Position numbers and translations under genes: made by a program. Below the pieces are notes generated by a model. The model was not told the DNA's origin and did not search any database. It was given only the letters and a program-made list of their open reading frames with translations. From Dipteris shenzhenensis (Eukaryota): a stretch of DNA of 64,000 nucleotides. The DNA lies in assembly GCA_047967505.1 (NCBI GenBank), contig CM106538.1, one strand, 5' to 3'. Of this stretch, positions 1 through 13,040 are shown piece by piece; position 1 is the first letter of the stretch; each line of letters opens with the position of its first letter.

Positions 1-200
1 ACTGCCACGTCTGTTTTGGTTTGGGTTCACATATGAAGCACGTATTCTAGGGTATACCCCTCTCCTATTGTATTGTTGTTGTGTGCTATTTTCAACTGAG
101 TGAAGATAAGCTTCAGCCTCCACATCTTGTGTCCTCCCTCTTGTGTATGTTGTGAAGAAGCTGCAATCGAGTCTCCTTCCTCTCTCCCACATTCTTTACA
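1..200 (+). mobile_element. 3' LTR (partial, runs off window start) of the Ty1/copia family also seen at 60231
   Basis: Matches 60323-60536 with 6 substitutions and one 14-bp indel. Ends ...TTTACA and is followed by CTTGT (putative TSD), not by a PBS. Confidence 0.9.
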
Positions 201-1290
201 CTTGTGTCCGTCAGGGCCAGTGAAAAACTTACGACCATTCAGGCCCCTCACGTTTCACGAAATAATGGAAAGACTAGGCATGAAAAGAGGGTGAGGTAGA
301 GCCACTGGCCACAACATGGATGTCCGTGGGAGAGGAATCGGACCATAAACCTTCCCTAGCTGAAGGCCATACCTGACCGAGCTGAAGATCTATAGCATCC
401 TGAAGTGGAAAGGAACACTGCCGAGAGTGGAGACCCTGAAAGTCGAACCACCCAACACAACGGTTTAGAGGGATCTCCCCCAAGAGTCTACCTCTTGGGG
501 CCCTTCCTGATGCACATGAATCGAGGGAGAGGACTGATGGGAGACCAGAAATGCTGCTGGCTCAACGTCGTCTGGAGGGGGCTGAAATCGACCCTCAGCC
601 CCTGCACTAGGTCGTCTGCTGGGGCAATCCCTAATAAAGTGACCTCTCTTGCGACAGAAAAGGCACTGGTCAGGAAGACCCTCATACGAGACTCCTTGTT
701 GGATCTGGATTCCATCACTAGTAGAATACAAAATCAAAGTGGGAAGAGGGCGAGGAGGAGAAAACTCTGATGTAAGCTTGACCCTAGTAACGCCTGTACC
801 GGCAAGGGACTGAGCATAAGATAAACGAGCACGTGAGGAAGAGATGACTGTGCCTGCCACACTAGCCATATGCTCCACAGCTCTGCGGCAAGAACTGATC
901 TCTTCTGGAAGACCAGGGAAAAGCATCCAAAAAGAAACCTGTCTCGGTCCAGGTGAGGTAGCACTGAAATGCTTCCGCCAAGGCCATAAATGAATGACTC
1001 TGCTCTGATAGTGAAGTGGTGAGCTCATGAGCACCCTTTGGACCTACTCCATTGACTGAAGCCCAAAAGAAAAGTAACCTCTGCCAAGCAGTCTGAAAAC
1101 ACTAACTGAGACACTGAGCGAGGCCATGCTGGTGTACACCCAATCACATAATTGTTGGCCTCTACCCAGTAGAAAGCCAATAATGTGCATCAGTCGAAAA
1201 CCCTCCTCTGCTGCCTCAATCATCTGCACAATGTCTAGAGGGAAAGCAACCATAACTTCTACTTCCTCAGGTTGGGCAACGGGGCATTGA
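201..1290 (-). mobile_element. L1-like LINE 5' half: decayed ORF1 plus first 27 codons of ORF2
   Basis: ORF1 frames 1044-1253 and 465-1034 are in frame and contain FRLLGRGYFSF (DUF4283-like) and the zinc knuckle CLFCRKRGHFIRDC. ORF2 starts at ATG 281: MPSLSIIS*NVRGLNGRK, the APE endonuclease SWNVRGLN motif with W changed to stop. Confidence 0.85.
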
Positions 1291-1686
1291 TGTCCTACAT
1301 TGTCTCTCAGCTATTGCTGTCGTGAGGGAAGGAGCTACCCCTGCTAGAATTTTCTACTCTCATTGAAACTGTATTTATACGTGCAATAGATGTATCAGTT
1401 GTAGGGACTATGGTGATATGTGTATATATGATACATTCCTTGAAATAGATGTGGTTTAGGATGAGGATGAGGATAATGATGAGTTTTGACTCTTGAGTCT
1501 TCATTTATCACTGATTTTCATGAAGATCCTGGGAGGATCATTGAGACTGTGATTTCCTATTTATGCTTCATGAACCATATGTAATCTCCTTTCAGTAGTT
1601 ATTCATCTACATTCCATGCTTTTGACTATTGCTTCCAGCAGGCTCCAGCTATTATGCCAAATTATGCTCATGTATGATGAGGACTC

Positions 1687-1947
1687 GGTATGCTTTTTGT
1701 ATGTCTTTTGTATCATGTATGGAATCACTTACAGTCCTTTTTCTTACATTATTGTATATGACATGAGTCACACCTAGGCATACCCAGGTATAAATGTTCA
1801 TATTTTCTCTGCCCTAGGTATGATTTTTGTATGTCCTTTCAATTTTGTATCATGTATGGAATCACTTACAACACAATCTTTACTTGCACATTCTTGTATT
1901 GATATGACTCCTACCCTAGGTATAAATGTTCATTTTTTTCCTGCCCA
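1687..1947. repeat. Degenerate tandem duplication, ~130-bp unit
   Basis: GGTATG.TTTTTGTATGTC...TATCATGTATGGAATCACTTACA...CCCAGGTATAAATGTTCAT occurs at ~1687 and again at ~1817. Confidence 0.75.
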
Positions 1948-1949
1948 AA

Positions 1950-2039
1950 TGAAACTTGTTTCGTACTTTTTATGAAACCCATACGAAACCTATGAAACCC
2001 GTATGAAACCTGCCTTTTCTGAAACGTTTGGCAACTATG
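1950..2039. mobile_element. Probable terminus of a hAT-type non-autonomous element
   Basis: Clustered (T)GAAAC subterminal repeats ending in CAACTATG. The same terminus and repeats occur at 52083-52090 and 55753-55760. Confidence 0.45.
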
Positions 2040-2894
2040 GGCATGTAACAATAAAAGTGCAGTCACTGTGAGCAATATTGGCTGATTCAGCCTTGTTCTC
2101 TGCAATAATGATTTCATGTCAATCGTGTGAGGCAGCTAGTGATGTCGTGCAAGATTTGTGTCCTAAGGCAACACATTTATGGTCATTGTGTCTTGTCAAG
2201 GGCCAATGGGTGTATTTCCTGAAACGGTTATCTGTAATGTTTCAAGGCTCGAAACAGGTTTCCATCTCAGAATTAAAACTTTTCTAGGGCCTAAATGCAC
2301 CATTTTGTCTTCTCTTTCCAGCCCTAGCCTGAAAACCTTTACAATGTATTGGATGCTTAGAGTTTGTTTGTTGAAGGACATTGATACTATTGTATTTGTC
2401 CATTTTTGTGCCTTGTCATTAGAACATTTTGTTATGCAAATGCATTTCAATTGGACATATTACAAAATTGCTTTAGTTGGCATCATGCAGATGTATGGGA
2501 CTTGGCACGTCACTTTTATTGTTCACTATTCTGTGAAATTTTGTGTAACATAATAGTAGATGCATGTCCCATTTTCTTGTTTGCTTTTATGTTTTGTATC
2601 GTCTTGTTTGAGTATTCAATATATATGGTTCCCCTCCCCACCCCTTTCCAAACCCCTTACTGATGTTGCATTCCCCTGTTTGAGCTCCCCCAAAATTCCA
2701 GGACTCTTACTTGTCCCATACCTTTTTCCTTTATTTTGTGATAGATCCAACGGTTTTATCATGGTATCTCATAGATTCTTAAAGACATGCATGCTTTTGC
2801 TGGAATTACTTTTTAGCTTAGAAAACAAGACAAACAAGAGAACAAAGAGGACAGAAAATGCCCATCAGCTTAGAGGAAGATAGAAGTACAATTC

Positions 2895-3313
2895 TGCTAA
2901 TCTTGGGGCTGCTCCCTACTAGCTAAAGATGGCTGTCTTGTGGGCTGAATCAGGTCTGGGACAGCACCAGTAGAAGCAGCAGAGGATGTGTGATGAAATG
3001 GGTGAGTGCTGTCTGTACTGAGGATGCGATGGAATGGGTGAGTGAAGCACTCTTTTGATAGCTGTAGGTAGCGAGCTGCCAAAGGTTGCCCCATGGTGTG
3101 CCACTCATCTGGTACTCTAGCATAGGGAAAAGTGCGAGAATGTAACCAATCTCGTTTGGAGTATCCTGTCTGACTTGTCTGTCCTGATCGGTACCGTAGT
3201 GGCTACATGTCACGACCAGCTTGTATTTCTTGTGTGATCAAGTAAGAAGGCTTCCCATTCTTGTGTACCTTGCATGTGTCCTTGCACCGCAATTTCCAAC
3301 ATGATATCAGAGC
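2895..3313 (+). mobile_element. 3' part of the 5' LTR plus PBS of the chromovirus
   Basis: Ends ...TTCCAACA at 3301, followed by TGATATCAGAGC (one mismatch to the tRNA-iMet PBS TGGTATCAGAGC). Left boundary is uncertain. Confidence 0.65.
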
Positions 3314-3327
3314 AGTTAGTTGCTTTG

Positions 3328-4980
3328 TGCCTGTGATGTGGCATCTCCATTGTGTATTCAGAGCCACCTGCTTTCTTATGCCAGCATGTGAACTGTTTCT
3401 TGGAGAGAATATTTTCCTGCAGCCACCTGTTGAACTGGCTCTAGAAAGTCCCCATTGAAAGAGAAGCTTCGAGAGGAAGTCCCTGCCTGTTGTTTGGATT
3501 GCTGATTAAGACCCAAAGAAACAAGATGCAACAACATGCTAAAAGATGAAAATTGATCACCACCTCTATTTTGTCGAAGGAGTAACTTTGAGAATTAATG
3601 AGCAGTGTAAGATGTCAAGAAAAATGTGTATTGCACATCTGAACTACAATCTACTGAGAAGGATATTTTGTAGTGTCTTTGTATGTGCTATCCCAGCATT
3701 GAAGTCCCCTACTAGGATGATCTATTTTGTCGAAGGAGTAACTTTGAGAATTAATGAGCAGTGTAAGATGTCAAGAAAAATGTGTATTGCACATCTGAAC
3801 TACAATCTACTGAGAAGGATATTTGGTAGTGTCTTTGTATGTGCTATCCCAGCATTGAAGTCCCCTACTAGGATGATCTCACCTATGCTAGAAAACTCCA
3901 TAATGTCCATGTAGAGAGACATGTAAGGGAACTCACATTATTGTGTATCGCTCTCGACCTTGTGGTTTGTTTGCTACAGCGTAGAGTGAGTGAAGTAGCA
4001 GACTGCTATGTACACCATCAGGAGTAATTTGTATCAAGTCCCCAAGTATTGTGCCATCTTCTCTCTCCAAACCACCCGCAAAAGTGGTTGGAGGTGTGTC
4101 GTATAAAGGATATCAACTCCTCCAAACCCTCCGAGTCCTCAAGTTGTGCATGTCAGCTCCCCATGTGTTGATTCCAAACTCAGATAGCAGGCAACAAAAC
4201 AAGTCAAAACAAGTACAGAAGACAGGACTAACTGAATCGAAAGTAGTATTGCATTAATTTGCTGGCAACATGGAACGGCCTGCAAAACAAGTCAAAACAA
4301 GTACAGACTACAGGCTTAACTGAAGTGAAAGTATTGCGGCATTAATTTGCTTAAAACACAGAATGATTATAGCTGAAAGAAATTCCCGATTAGGCTGCCA
4401 AATTTTTTTCCAAAAGAACCTCCAAATGTGGCAAAACTCTGTGAAAAAATGGTTGCCAGATCTTAAGTAGAACTGCAGCAGAAATGCTCCTCCTCCCTTA
4501 CAGAACCCAAAATGTCCCATGTTGCCTAGGTAGGAAATAGCAGTAGGCCTTCTTAAAAAGTGGCGCCCAGTCAAGAGAGTCCTCTCACCTGTGGAAGATT
4601 GCAGCAAGCAAAAACAAGAGTGGACAACAAACTTTATGCAACAAAATCGAGGGTTCTCGCAATGGAATGGCTTCTTGGGGGTGGGGGAGCAAGGGGCAGC
4701 CTGCGCCAATAACTAATGTAGCAAAAATGGAAGCACAAAGTGACAGGAGGAGGAGGAAGCAAGCTAAAGGAAGGAAGTACAAAGCAATGGGAGGATGAGG
4801 AAGCAAGCAAGATGCAACAGTGAGAGTACAAGGGCTGCCCAATATGACTAAACCCTAGGGTGTAACCCCTTAACTCGGGTTAAGACCCACACACGACATT
4901 AACTCAACCTCGAACTACAATTAGGGGGGAAAAACCTTATATAAGGATAAAAAGTGCCCCTAACCTTATTACTAACTACA
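3328..4980. mobile_element. 1653-bp insertion with TG...CA ends and a 5-bp TSD (probable solo LTR)
   Basis: CTTTG at 3323-3327 and at 4981-4985 flanks TGCCTG...ACTACA. Removing it places the PBS just upstream of the gag ATG. Confidence 0.7.
3565..3879. repeat. Near-perfect tandem duplication, 156-bp unit
   Basis: 3565-3720 and 3721-3876 differ at one position seen (TTTTGTAGT vs TTTGGTAGT). Confidence 0.95.
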
Positions 4981-5021
4981 CTTTGGCCACTACCTTCACT
5001 AGAGTACAGTCTACACAACAG

Positions 5022-8000
5022 ATGTCACATCATGCAGCACCTACTTTGATTGGTAGGATTTCGATATTAGAAGATGCTTTACAGCAGATTATGAACCAGC
5101 AGCTTCAAGTGAATGCTGGTCAAAATGAGATCAGGGAGATGGTGCAAGCCTTGTCGGCTAGACCGTCTAGAATTGATAAGGGCAAAGCTCCAGCAGAGCC
5201 AGAGCCCAGTATACATTCCTTAGAGCGCGCAAGGGTCAAAGTGCCTAATATCGCTAATTATAGACCGGAGAAGTACGCTGGTCGGATGACCGAGCGCAGC
5301 TCTGATGTGATCGAGGTTTGGTTACACAAGTGGGAAGAAGCCTTCGCCATTTGTGAAATTAGATCCGATCTAAAGAAAATCCGCGAGGCCACACACCTGT
5401 TTATTGAGGCAGCGGACAGATGGTGGATAAAGCAACAGAAGGATCAAGTTGCTCCAACCACCTGGGAAGGGTTTAAAGCTGAATTTAAGAAACACTTTCT
5501 CCCACGTGATGAAGAATCCCAAGCTTGGGATGCTTATAGAAATCTTCGTCAGAGGAGTCTGTCAGTGGCAGAGTACACTGACAAATTCAGGGAATGTGTT
5601 ATGAAAATAAGAGACCCTCTCCCTATGTCGGTTCAGTTAAAGGACTATATCTATGGATTGAACGACAAGATAAAAATGGAAGTTCGGGCTAAATATGTGA
5701 CTACATTAGATGAATCTATTGCAGTAGCCCTGAACTATGAGGATGCCAGAGGCAGATCTGGTGGATTTGTGCAGGCAGGGACTCAGTATGAGTACCCGAA
5801 GAAAGGGGGATTTCCGAGGAAATGGGTTTCAAAGACAAGTGTCTCGCAGCCAAGTGGCCAAACCAAGCAGGTGAAGCCGGTTGAGGGACCAGTAAAAACA
5901 AGTACCACCGTTGGGGTGAAAAGGAAAATAACTCCAATGGCAGCCCGGGCTTGGTCAAAGTCCTCGTTGACCCCTGAACAAAAAGAGAAAGCTAGGAAAG
6001 AAGGATTGTGCTTCGGCTGCCTTCAGCGACATCAGTGGAAGGATTGTCCACTGAATAAAGACCGTCGCACGGCTAATATGATAATATCTGAATGCGACGT
6101 GGAAATGCAGGAGAGTCCCAATGCGGAACATATGCAGATGCAACTGGCGGGACCTTCTCAGAGGTTAGTACCTTGTTTGTTATGTGTATCTGTTGCTAAG
6201 TTAGTGACGAGTGCACCTGATAACATCCTATCTAAGCCCGCAGCAACGGGGTATATGGCCTTTAATGATACGGAGTTAATTAAAATGAAAGGGCAAGTGG
6301 CCAGTCATGATGTCATTGTGTTGTTTGACTCGGCGTCAACTCACAATGTGATTAACTCCAAGCTCGTGAAGAGGCTGAAATTAAAGACAAGTCCATCTGA
6401 CTATGCGTATACAGTCAGGATGGCAGATGGAAGTTCAACTGAAGTATGGGACCAAAGGGTTACCCAATTGGAGCTTCGGATTCAGGACTATGCTGAGAAG
6501 CTTGATTTTGAAATGACCAAGCTTGCTCATGCAGATATAGCCCTGGGTATGGCCTGGCATTCTAGAAAGAATCCAGCCATTGATTGGAAAAAGCACGTAT
6601 ATCAATTCAAGATGAATGATGTGCTTTATATCTTGCGAGGTGAAAAAGACATACCTCAGGGATCGTTGGTTTCCGTGATGGAAATCAGAAAAGCTCAAGT
6701 AGAGTTTTTATTCCTTTGCACGGCATCGGTAGAGCCGGTGGATGATTCTTCGGCTAGCACTGATGTTGCGCAAAGTGGTGAGATGGCCAAGCTGGCTAAT
6801 CTTATAACAGAGGAGTTCTCTGAATGTTTTAGGGATGAACTACCTTATGGGTTACCTCCAGAGCGGAAAGTTCAACATAAGATTGAACTGATCCCGGGGG
6901 CAGAACCTGTAAATAGACCTCCCTATAGAATGAGTTTTGCTGAGGAGGCGGAGGTGCGTAGACAACTGGAAGAATACCTCAAGTTGGGACAGATTCAACC
7001 AAGTTTCTCACCTTTTGCTTCGCCAGTGATATTAAAGAAGAAAAAGGATGATACGTTTCGCCTCTGTATAGATTACAGAGCATTGAATAATATCACTGTT
7101 AAGCACAGGTATCCGATGGCTCGGATTGATGATTTGCTAGATGCATTACATGGAGCCGTGATTTTCAGCAAGATAGATCTTAAGTGCGGCTACCATCAAA
7201 TCCGGATTAGAGCCGAGGATGTGCATAAAACTGCTTTCAGAAGCAAGTTTGGTCATTATGAGTTTTTGGTAATGCCCTTCGGACTTACCAATGCTCCAGC
7301 GACATTCGTCATGCTTATGAACGATTTACTACGTCCATATATCGGAAAGTTCGTAGTACATTTTATTGACGATATCTTGATATTCAGTAAAAGTGTTACT
7401 GAGCATCGTGAACACTTAAGGATATTGTTCAGTACTTTGAGGAAAGCCAGTCTTTATGTGAATAAGAAGAAAACTATACTATGTATGGTTAGGCTTGAAT
7501 ATTTAGGGTTCATAATTACTCCACAGGGGGTAGAAATGGATCCGAAGAAAGTGGCTGCGATACTAACTTGGCCAATCCCTCAGAGTCTGACCGCGTTGCG
7601 ATCATTCTTGGGATTTGTCTAGTTTTATAGAAGGCATATCAAAGGATATTCCGGAATAGTATCGCCATTGACTGATCTGACCTCAGATAAAGTACCTTTT
7701 ATTTGGGGACAGAATCAACAAGAAAGTTTTAACACCATAAAACAAGCTGTGGTCTCAGGACCGGTGTTAAAAATAGTTGATCCCCAGAAACCGTTGTTCC
7801 TAGAAACCGATGCAAGTGGCATTGCGGTAGGAGCAGTTCTCCTTCAAGAGGGAAGGCCAGTAGCCTTTGAAAGCAAGAAGCTTTCTCCCTCTCAAAGGAA
7901 TTGGCCAACTCATGAATTAGAGTTGTATGTTGTTATCCATGCTTTGAAAACATGGAGGCATTATTTGTATGGTTCAGAGTTTTATGTGGATGTGGATCAT

Positions 8001-9683
8001 GATACTCTGAAACATTTTTGTAAACAGCCTGACTTGAGGGGCCGCCAAGCTAGGTGGGCAGAGCTCATGCAGGAGTTTAATTTGACGATTCGGTACCGAA
8101 GAGGAAAAGACAATAAGGTGGCTGATGCGTTGTCTCGCATTATACACAACCTGAGTTTCACGGTATTAGAGAGTGCTCTAATGACCGAGATAAGAGAAAC
8201 TCAAAAAGTGGACGAGTTTGTCCAGAGCTTATGGCCTAAGGCTCATGTGTTAAAACCCGAGGAAAGTGAAAAGGATGACCTGGCATCCAGAAAAGGCCAA
8301 ACTTATGCAAGATATACCATAAGGGATGGTGTGCTAGTTAGAAATGGCAAGGTTGTAGTACCTGGTCATAATGATCTCAGGCAGAGAGTCATTCGACAGT
8401 GCCATGATAGCCCGTGTGCGGGACATCCAGGAGTCGAGAAGACATATGATCTCGTGAAGCGAGATTTCTTTTGGCCAAAGATGAAAAAGCATATTCATGA
8501 ATATGTGACACGGTGTTTCTCGTGTCAGGTAAGTAAGGCCGAGCGGGTGAAGCCACCCGGACTTTTACAGCCCTTGGAAATACCACTAAGTAAGTGGGAG
8601 AGCATTTCCATGGACTTTATTGTAGGGCTACCTGCAACACAAGGAGGATATAATTCTATCCTTGTGGTGGTTGATCGTCTAACCAAGATGGCTCACTTCA
8701 TTCCGACTAGAGAGTCTGTTAGTGCCCCACAAGTGGCGGATTTGTTCATTAGACATATATTTCGTCTGCATGGATTGCCTAGATCCATAGTGTCAGACAG
8801 AGATGTCAGATTTACCGGTCATTTTTGGACAGCGGTATTTGAGACACTAAGGACTGAGTTGGGAATGAGTAGTGGGGATCATCCTGAGACGGATGGTCAG
8901 ACGGAGAGAGTCAACCAGACTTTAGAAGATATGCTGAGGGCATATGTGTCATTGAGGCAACATACGTGGGACAAGTGGTTGCCATTGTTGGAGTTTGCCT
9001 ACAATGATAGAAAACATTCATCTACCGGGTTCAGTCCGTTTGAACTGAACTATGGTTATAGACCACCCAATCCGACTATAGTTGGAGTACCTCAGAAAGT
9101 GCCTAGTGCCGCGAACTTTGTAGTTCAGATGCGGGAGATGCTAGCACTTGCGAGAGCTAATATCCGCCAGGCTATGGATAGGGCCAAGGTGTATGCGGAT
9201 GAAAATCGGTCTATAAGAGTATTTAAGGAAGGAGAAAAAGTTTTTCTCAGAGTTCCTTCGCACTCGAAGTCGTTGACTTCAGGAGAGTGTGCTAAGTTAT
9301 CACCTCGATACTGTGGGCCGTGGTTAATTCTAAAGAGAATAGGCAGTGTAGCCTATAAATTGGAATTGCCACAGGGGTGTAAGGTGCACCCGGTTTTTCA
9401 TGTTTCGCGCTTAAAGAAATTTTTGCATACAGATGAGTCACTAATCGAAGTTGTGGTTTTGTTTCAGGAGATAGAGGATATTGCAAGGCGCAAGCCAACA
9501 AGAATCCTGGACCGAGGAACAATGCAAATACGAAATCGGAAGATACCCACGGTGTTGGTTGCATGGCATGGTCAGCCTCTATCGGAAGCTACCTGGGAAT
9601 CCGTATACCAGTTACGGAGAGCGTCCCAGATTTCATCATCGAGGATGCTGATGCTTGAAGAGGGAAGGAATGTTATGCTCTAG
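5022..9683 (+). mobile_element. Ty3/gypsy chromovirus gag-pol (gag, protease, RT, RNase H, integrase, chromodomain) with one in-frame stop
   Basis: ORFs 4983-7622 and 7668-9683 are in frame, split by TAG at 7620-7622. Motifs: zinc knuckle CFGCLQRHQWKDC; protease LFDSASTHN; RT LCIDYRALN, MPFGLTNAP, FIDDILIFS; RNase H TDASG; integrase HHCC, SDRD, GQTERVNQ, GPW; chromodomain LVAWHG..SEATWE. Confidence 0.97.
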
Positions 9684-10000
9684 CCGAGATAGCATGACCT
9701 CGGATAGATCGGTGGGCATTTTCTCTTAGATGACCAACTTTTGTAATAGTTAATGTGTGTAATTGAAATGGTCAAGAGAAGTAACTGTCAAGGTCCTAGG
9801 TGAGGGTGGAATGGCATTGACTAGGTAGTTCTGAGTGCTAAGGCCTAGGTGCACCTAAATGTGCAATAATGCCAAGGGGCAAGTGGTTTTTAATGTGCCC
9901 CAAGAGAGGGGTAAAAAGGTGCATCAAGTGGAGAGGCTAAAATGATGACATTTGGCAAGGAGAACTATCTAGGGAAATGAGGGTCTCATGGATAAGCATG
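9657..10000 (+). mobile_element. PPT and start of the 3' LTR of the chromovirus (truncated)
   Basis: Purine tract GAAGAGGGAAGGAA at 9657-9670 is directly followed by TGTTATG at 9671. Right end is not defined. Confidence 0.7.
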
Positions 10001-10049
10001 AAAAATAACGAAGGAACGAATGAATCTGATGATCTGCGATCCATGAGAG

Positions 10050-10931
10050 TAGGCTAGGTGGAAAAAAAAAAAAGCCATCGCCCGTGATTGATTTAACGTA
10101 GGAAAAGAGATTCAGGCTAGAGATAAAGTCGTTTGACACTGTAGCAGTAAATCTCTGATTTGAAAGTGTATTCCACCTCCAGGAAGCAAACCAATCACTC
10201 AGAAAGTGACAATGGTGCTGTCCAAGTTGAAAAACAGCAGGAAAATGCCTGAAATGCAGTCGCCCCAGCCAGGAATGCAACCAGATCCAGTCGCCCAGCT
10301 GAAAACCACCAGGAATACGTGTCGCCCAGCTAAATGGTGCCCAGTAGGAGAGGCGACCAGCAAAAACACAATAGATCTGGTGCAGATCTGAAGTTTCCCT
10401 GCTGAAAAACACTCAGAAAGAGTGTCGACCAGCAAATGGGAGTCCGGGAATGCAGTTGTCAAGCTCCAGGAGAGAGAGTCGATGCAGTTTCCAGCCAATT
10501 CAGCCTGTAGAAGCAGTCGCCCAGCAGAAGGAAGTAATCTGGAGAAACTTTTCACGACAGAAACCTTTGGGACGGAAGCAGGAAGCCAGAAAGAGAGGCG
10601 ACTTGCTAAAAATCTGTCCTGAAAGAAGGTAGGCCGCAAAAGTGAGATCCAGACGAAGTTTTTACGCGGGGGAAGGCTGGAAACCAAGGCAAAGCTGCTC
10701 TGATACCACTGTTGGGTGGAGTGAACGACGGAAGCAACAGGAGACGGAGGCAAGAAGCAAAGCGTGCTGCTGAAGTTGTATTACCGACATTATAAAGAAT
10801 ACAAAAGATACACCTAATATAATGAAACCCTAACTGGGTGTACCATAGGTCCTAACTGATAATATCTAGGCCTACAAGGCACATACCAAGGAATGAGTGA
10901 CATCTATGGATAGCCCATAGAGTGGCCTACA
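10050..10931 (-). mobile_element. LTR (~10710-10931), PBS and leader of a minus-strand LTR retroelement fragment
   Basis: GCTCTGATACCA at 10697-10708 is the reverse complement of the tRNA-iMet PBS. The adjacent LTR reads TGTAGG...CCCAACA on the minus strand. Confidence 0.7.
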
Positions 10932-10933
10932 AC

Positions 10934-11205
10934 CTCTTTAGGAGTACTTGCATCCTATATCTGTACATTCATTGCATCACTGATGCTCACATAAATCCAA
11001 TACATAACTTTCTTGGATTTCTCATACCAAGACCCGCACTTGTTGCGGAGTAGGAGTGTCATCGAGAACATGTTCTTGCTCGCCTCTATTGATGGACTCC
11101 CAAACGCACTTTCCCATAAGGAAATTTGTCATCCTCAATTTCCATGCTTGGAAGTTATTCTTGTCAAGCTACTCGCTCACAATTGTAGACAGATTATCAA
11201 CCATT
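10934..11205 (-). pseudogene. Copia gag N-terminal fragment
   Basis: Minus strand reads ...LDKNNFQAWKLRMTNFLMGKCVWE..., homologous to the gag at 61090 (LDKNNFQAWKFRMTNFLMEKGVWE). Confidence 0.85.
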
Positions 11206-11341
11206 TTTGTAACTGTAACCTCAAATAACAACTCCATCTCACAAGGGCAAGATGCACAACTTCTACAAAAAACAATACTTTTGCCTCACAGAGAAAAGTT
11301 GCAAGAGTGACAATTTACCACACAGTCATCTCAAGTGACTC

Positions 11342-11994
11342 TTATGCATAAACACAATCGACTAATTGCGGTCTAAAATTACCAGTATCTCTGCGTCAAA
11401 GGCATACACCACATTGTTTGCCCCAACTTCGCTCGTCAATACGGTAAAACTTGCATACACAGGAGTGTCAACAATCCTATAATCAAGAAAGCCCTATCAA
11501 TAGCATCAATCTTGAGAGCACATGATTGGGATTTGATCTCCCATGTACAAATAGATGCCTCAAGATTCACAATAGGGTGTGTTGGCACAACCAAGGGAGT
11601 ATAACTTAGACTACCTATCACATTCGCTAATCAACAATTAAACGAGGTGCATAAACACAATCGATTAATTATGCATAAACACAATCGACTAATTGTGGTC
11701 TGAAATTACCAATATCTCTATGTCAAAGAGTATCTCTATGTCAAAGGCATACACCACACTGTTTGCCCCAACTTCGCTCGTCAATACGATAAAACTTGCA
11801 TACACAGGAGTGCCAACAATCCTAAAATCAAGAAAGCCCTATCAACAGCACCAATCTTGAGAGCACTTGATTGGGATTTGATCTCCCACGTACATATAGA
11901 TGCCTCAAGATTCACAATAGGGTGTGTTGGCACAACCAAGGGAGTATAACTTAGACTACCCCATCACATTCGCCAGTCAACAATTAAACAAGGT
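11342..11994. repeat. Tandem duplication, ~327-bp unit, inside decayed pol
   Basis: TTATGCATAAACACAATCGACTAATTG starts at 11342 and 11669, and both copies run to CAACAATTAAAC.AGGT. Confidence 0.9.
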
Positions 11995-12639
11995 AGAGAT
12001 TACCGAGCATGAAGTCTTGGCCATGATCTATGCGGTGCATAATCTTTGCCACTACCTCTTGGCTCACAAATCTATGTTCATTGTGGATCATCAAGCCCTT
12101 ATCTATCTTGTTAACAATATCGTTCAATGAATCACGAGATGGATGCTTATCCTCTTGGAATTTGATTTCACCGCTGTGGTACACAAACGTTCCTGACACG
12201 TATTGGCGGATCATTTGTCACGGATCCCCAATGGCGAACCACCCACTGGAATTGATGATAATCCTCTAGATGCCCCCCTCTTCCAATTGGATTTAGTTTC
12301 AAAATGGGTAGAAGACATTAGCCGACTCTTTGCAAATGACTTCCTACAATATAGCTCTTTAAACGAAGAATGGGCTTGCAAACTTTTAAAGGATGTAGCC
12401 CCATATCAACTTATCACAGCACAACTTTATAGGATAGGCAAGGACAAGATCCTACAAAAGTGTGTAAGAGAAAACGAATTCGTGAATATGCTTGAACAAG
12501 CCCATTTAAGAATTGAAGGAGGCCACTTTGTGGCAGATACAACACCATGCAAGGTGCTTCAAGTAGGACTCTGGTGGCCAATACTTTTTGTGGATGCCAT
12601 AGAGTTCGCGGTGGATGCCATGAATGTCAAAGAAACTTA

Positions 12640-13040
12640 ATACCCCAACAAAAGGATGGCATGTCTTTGACCATTGTCATGACAAATCAACCCTTTGAGA
12701 AGTAGGGAATTGATTTTGTCAGACCTATTATCCCAAAGGCCAAACATACGTAGTCTGTTACATCATTGTAGTGATAGACTATTGCACAAATGGGCTGAAG
12801 TCAGAGCTACAAAGAAAGCCGATGCTCGATCCACATTGAAATACCCCAACAAAAGGATTGCATGACTTTTACCATTGTCATGGCAAATTAAACCTTTGAG
12901 AAGTGGGGAATTGATTTTGTCGGGCCTATTACCCTAGCAACCAAACATACGTAGTCTCGTTACATCATTGTAGTAATAGACTATTGCTCAAAATGGGCTG
13001 AAGCTAGAGCTTAAAAAAGCATCGATGCTCGATTCACATC
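12640..13040. repeat. Tandem duplication, ~201-bp unit, inside integrase
   Basis: ATACCCCAACAAAAGGAT...GGGAATTGATTTTGTC...GATGCTCGAT at 12640 and 12841. Confidence 0.9.

Noticed and set aside
7620-7622. Programmed stop-codon read-through in the gypsy ORF
   Set aside because: The stop lies at the RT/RNase H connection (FLGFV*FYRR), not at the gag/pol boundary. A C-to-T mutation is the simpler explanation.
9969-10753. ORFs of 147 and 184 aa as genes
   Set aside because: They lie in a retroelement leader immediately downstream of a PBS and have no recognisable domain.
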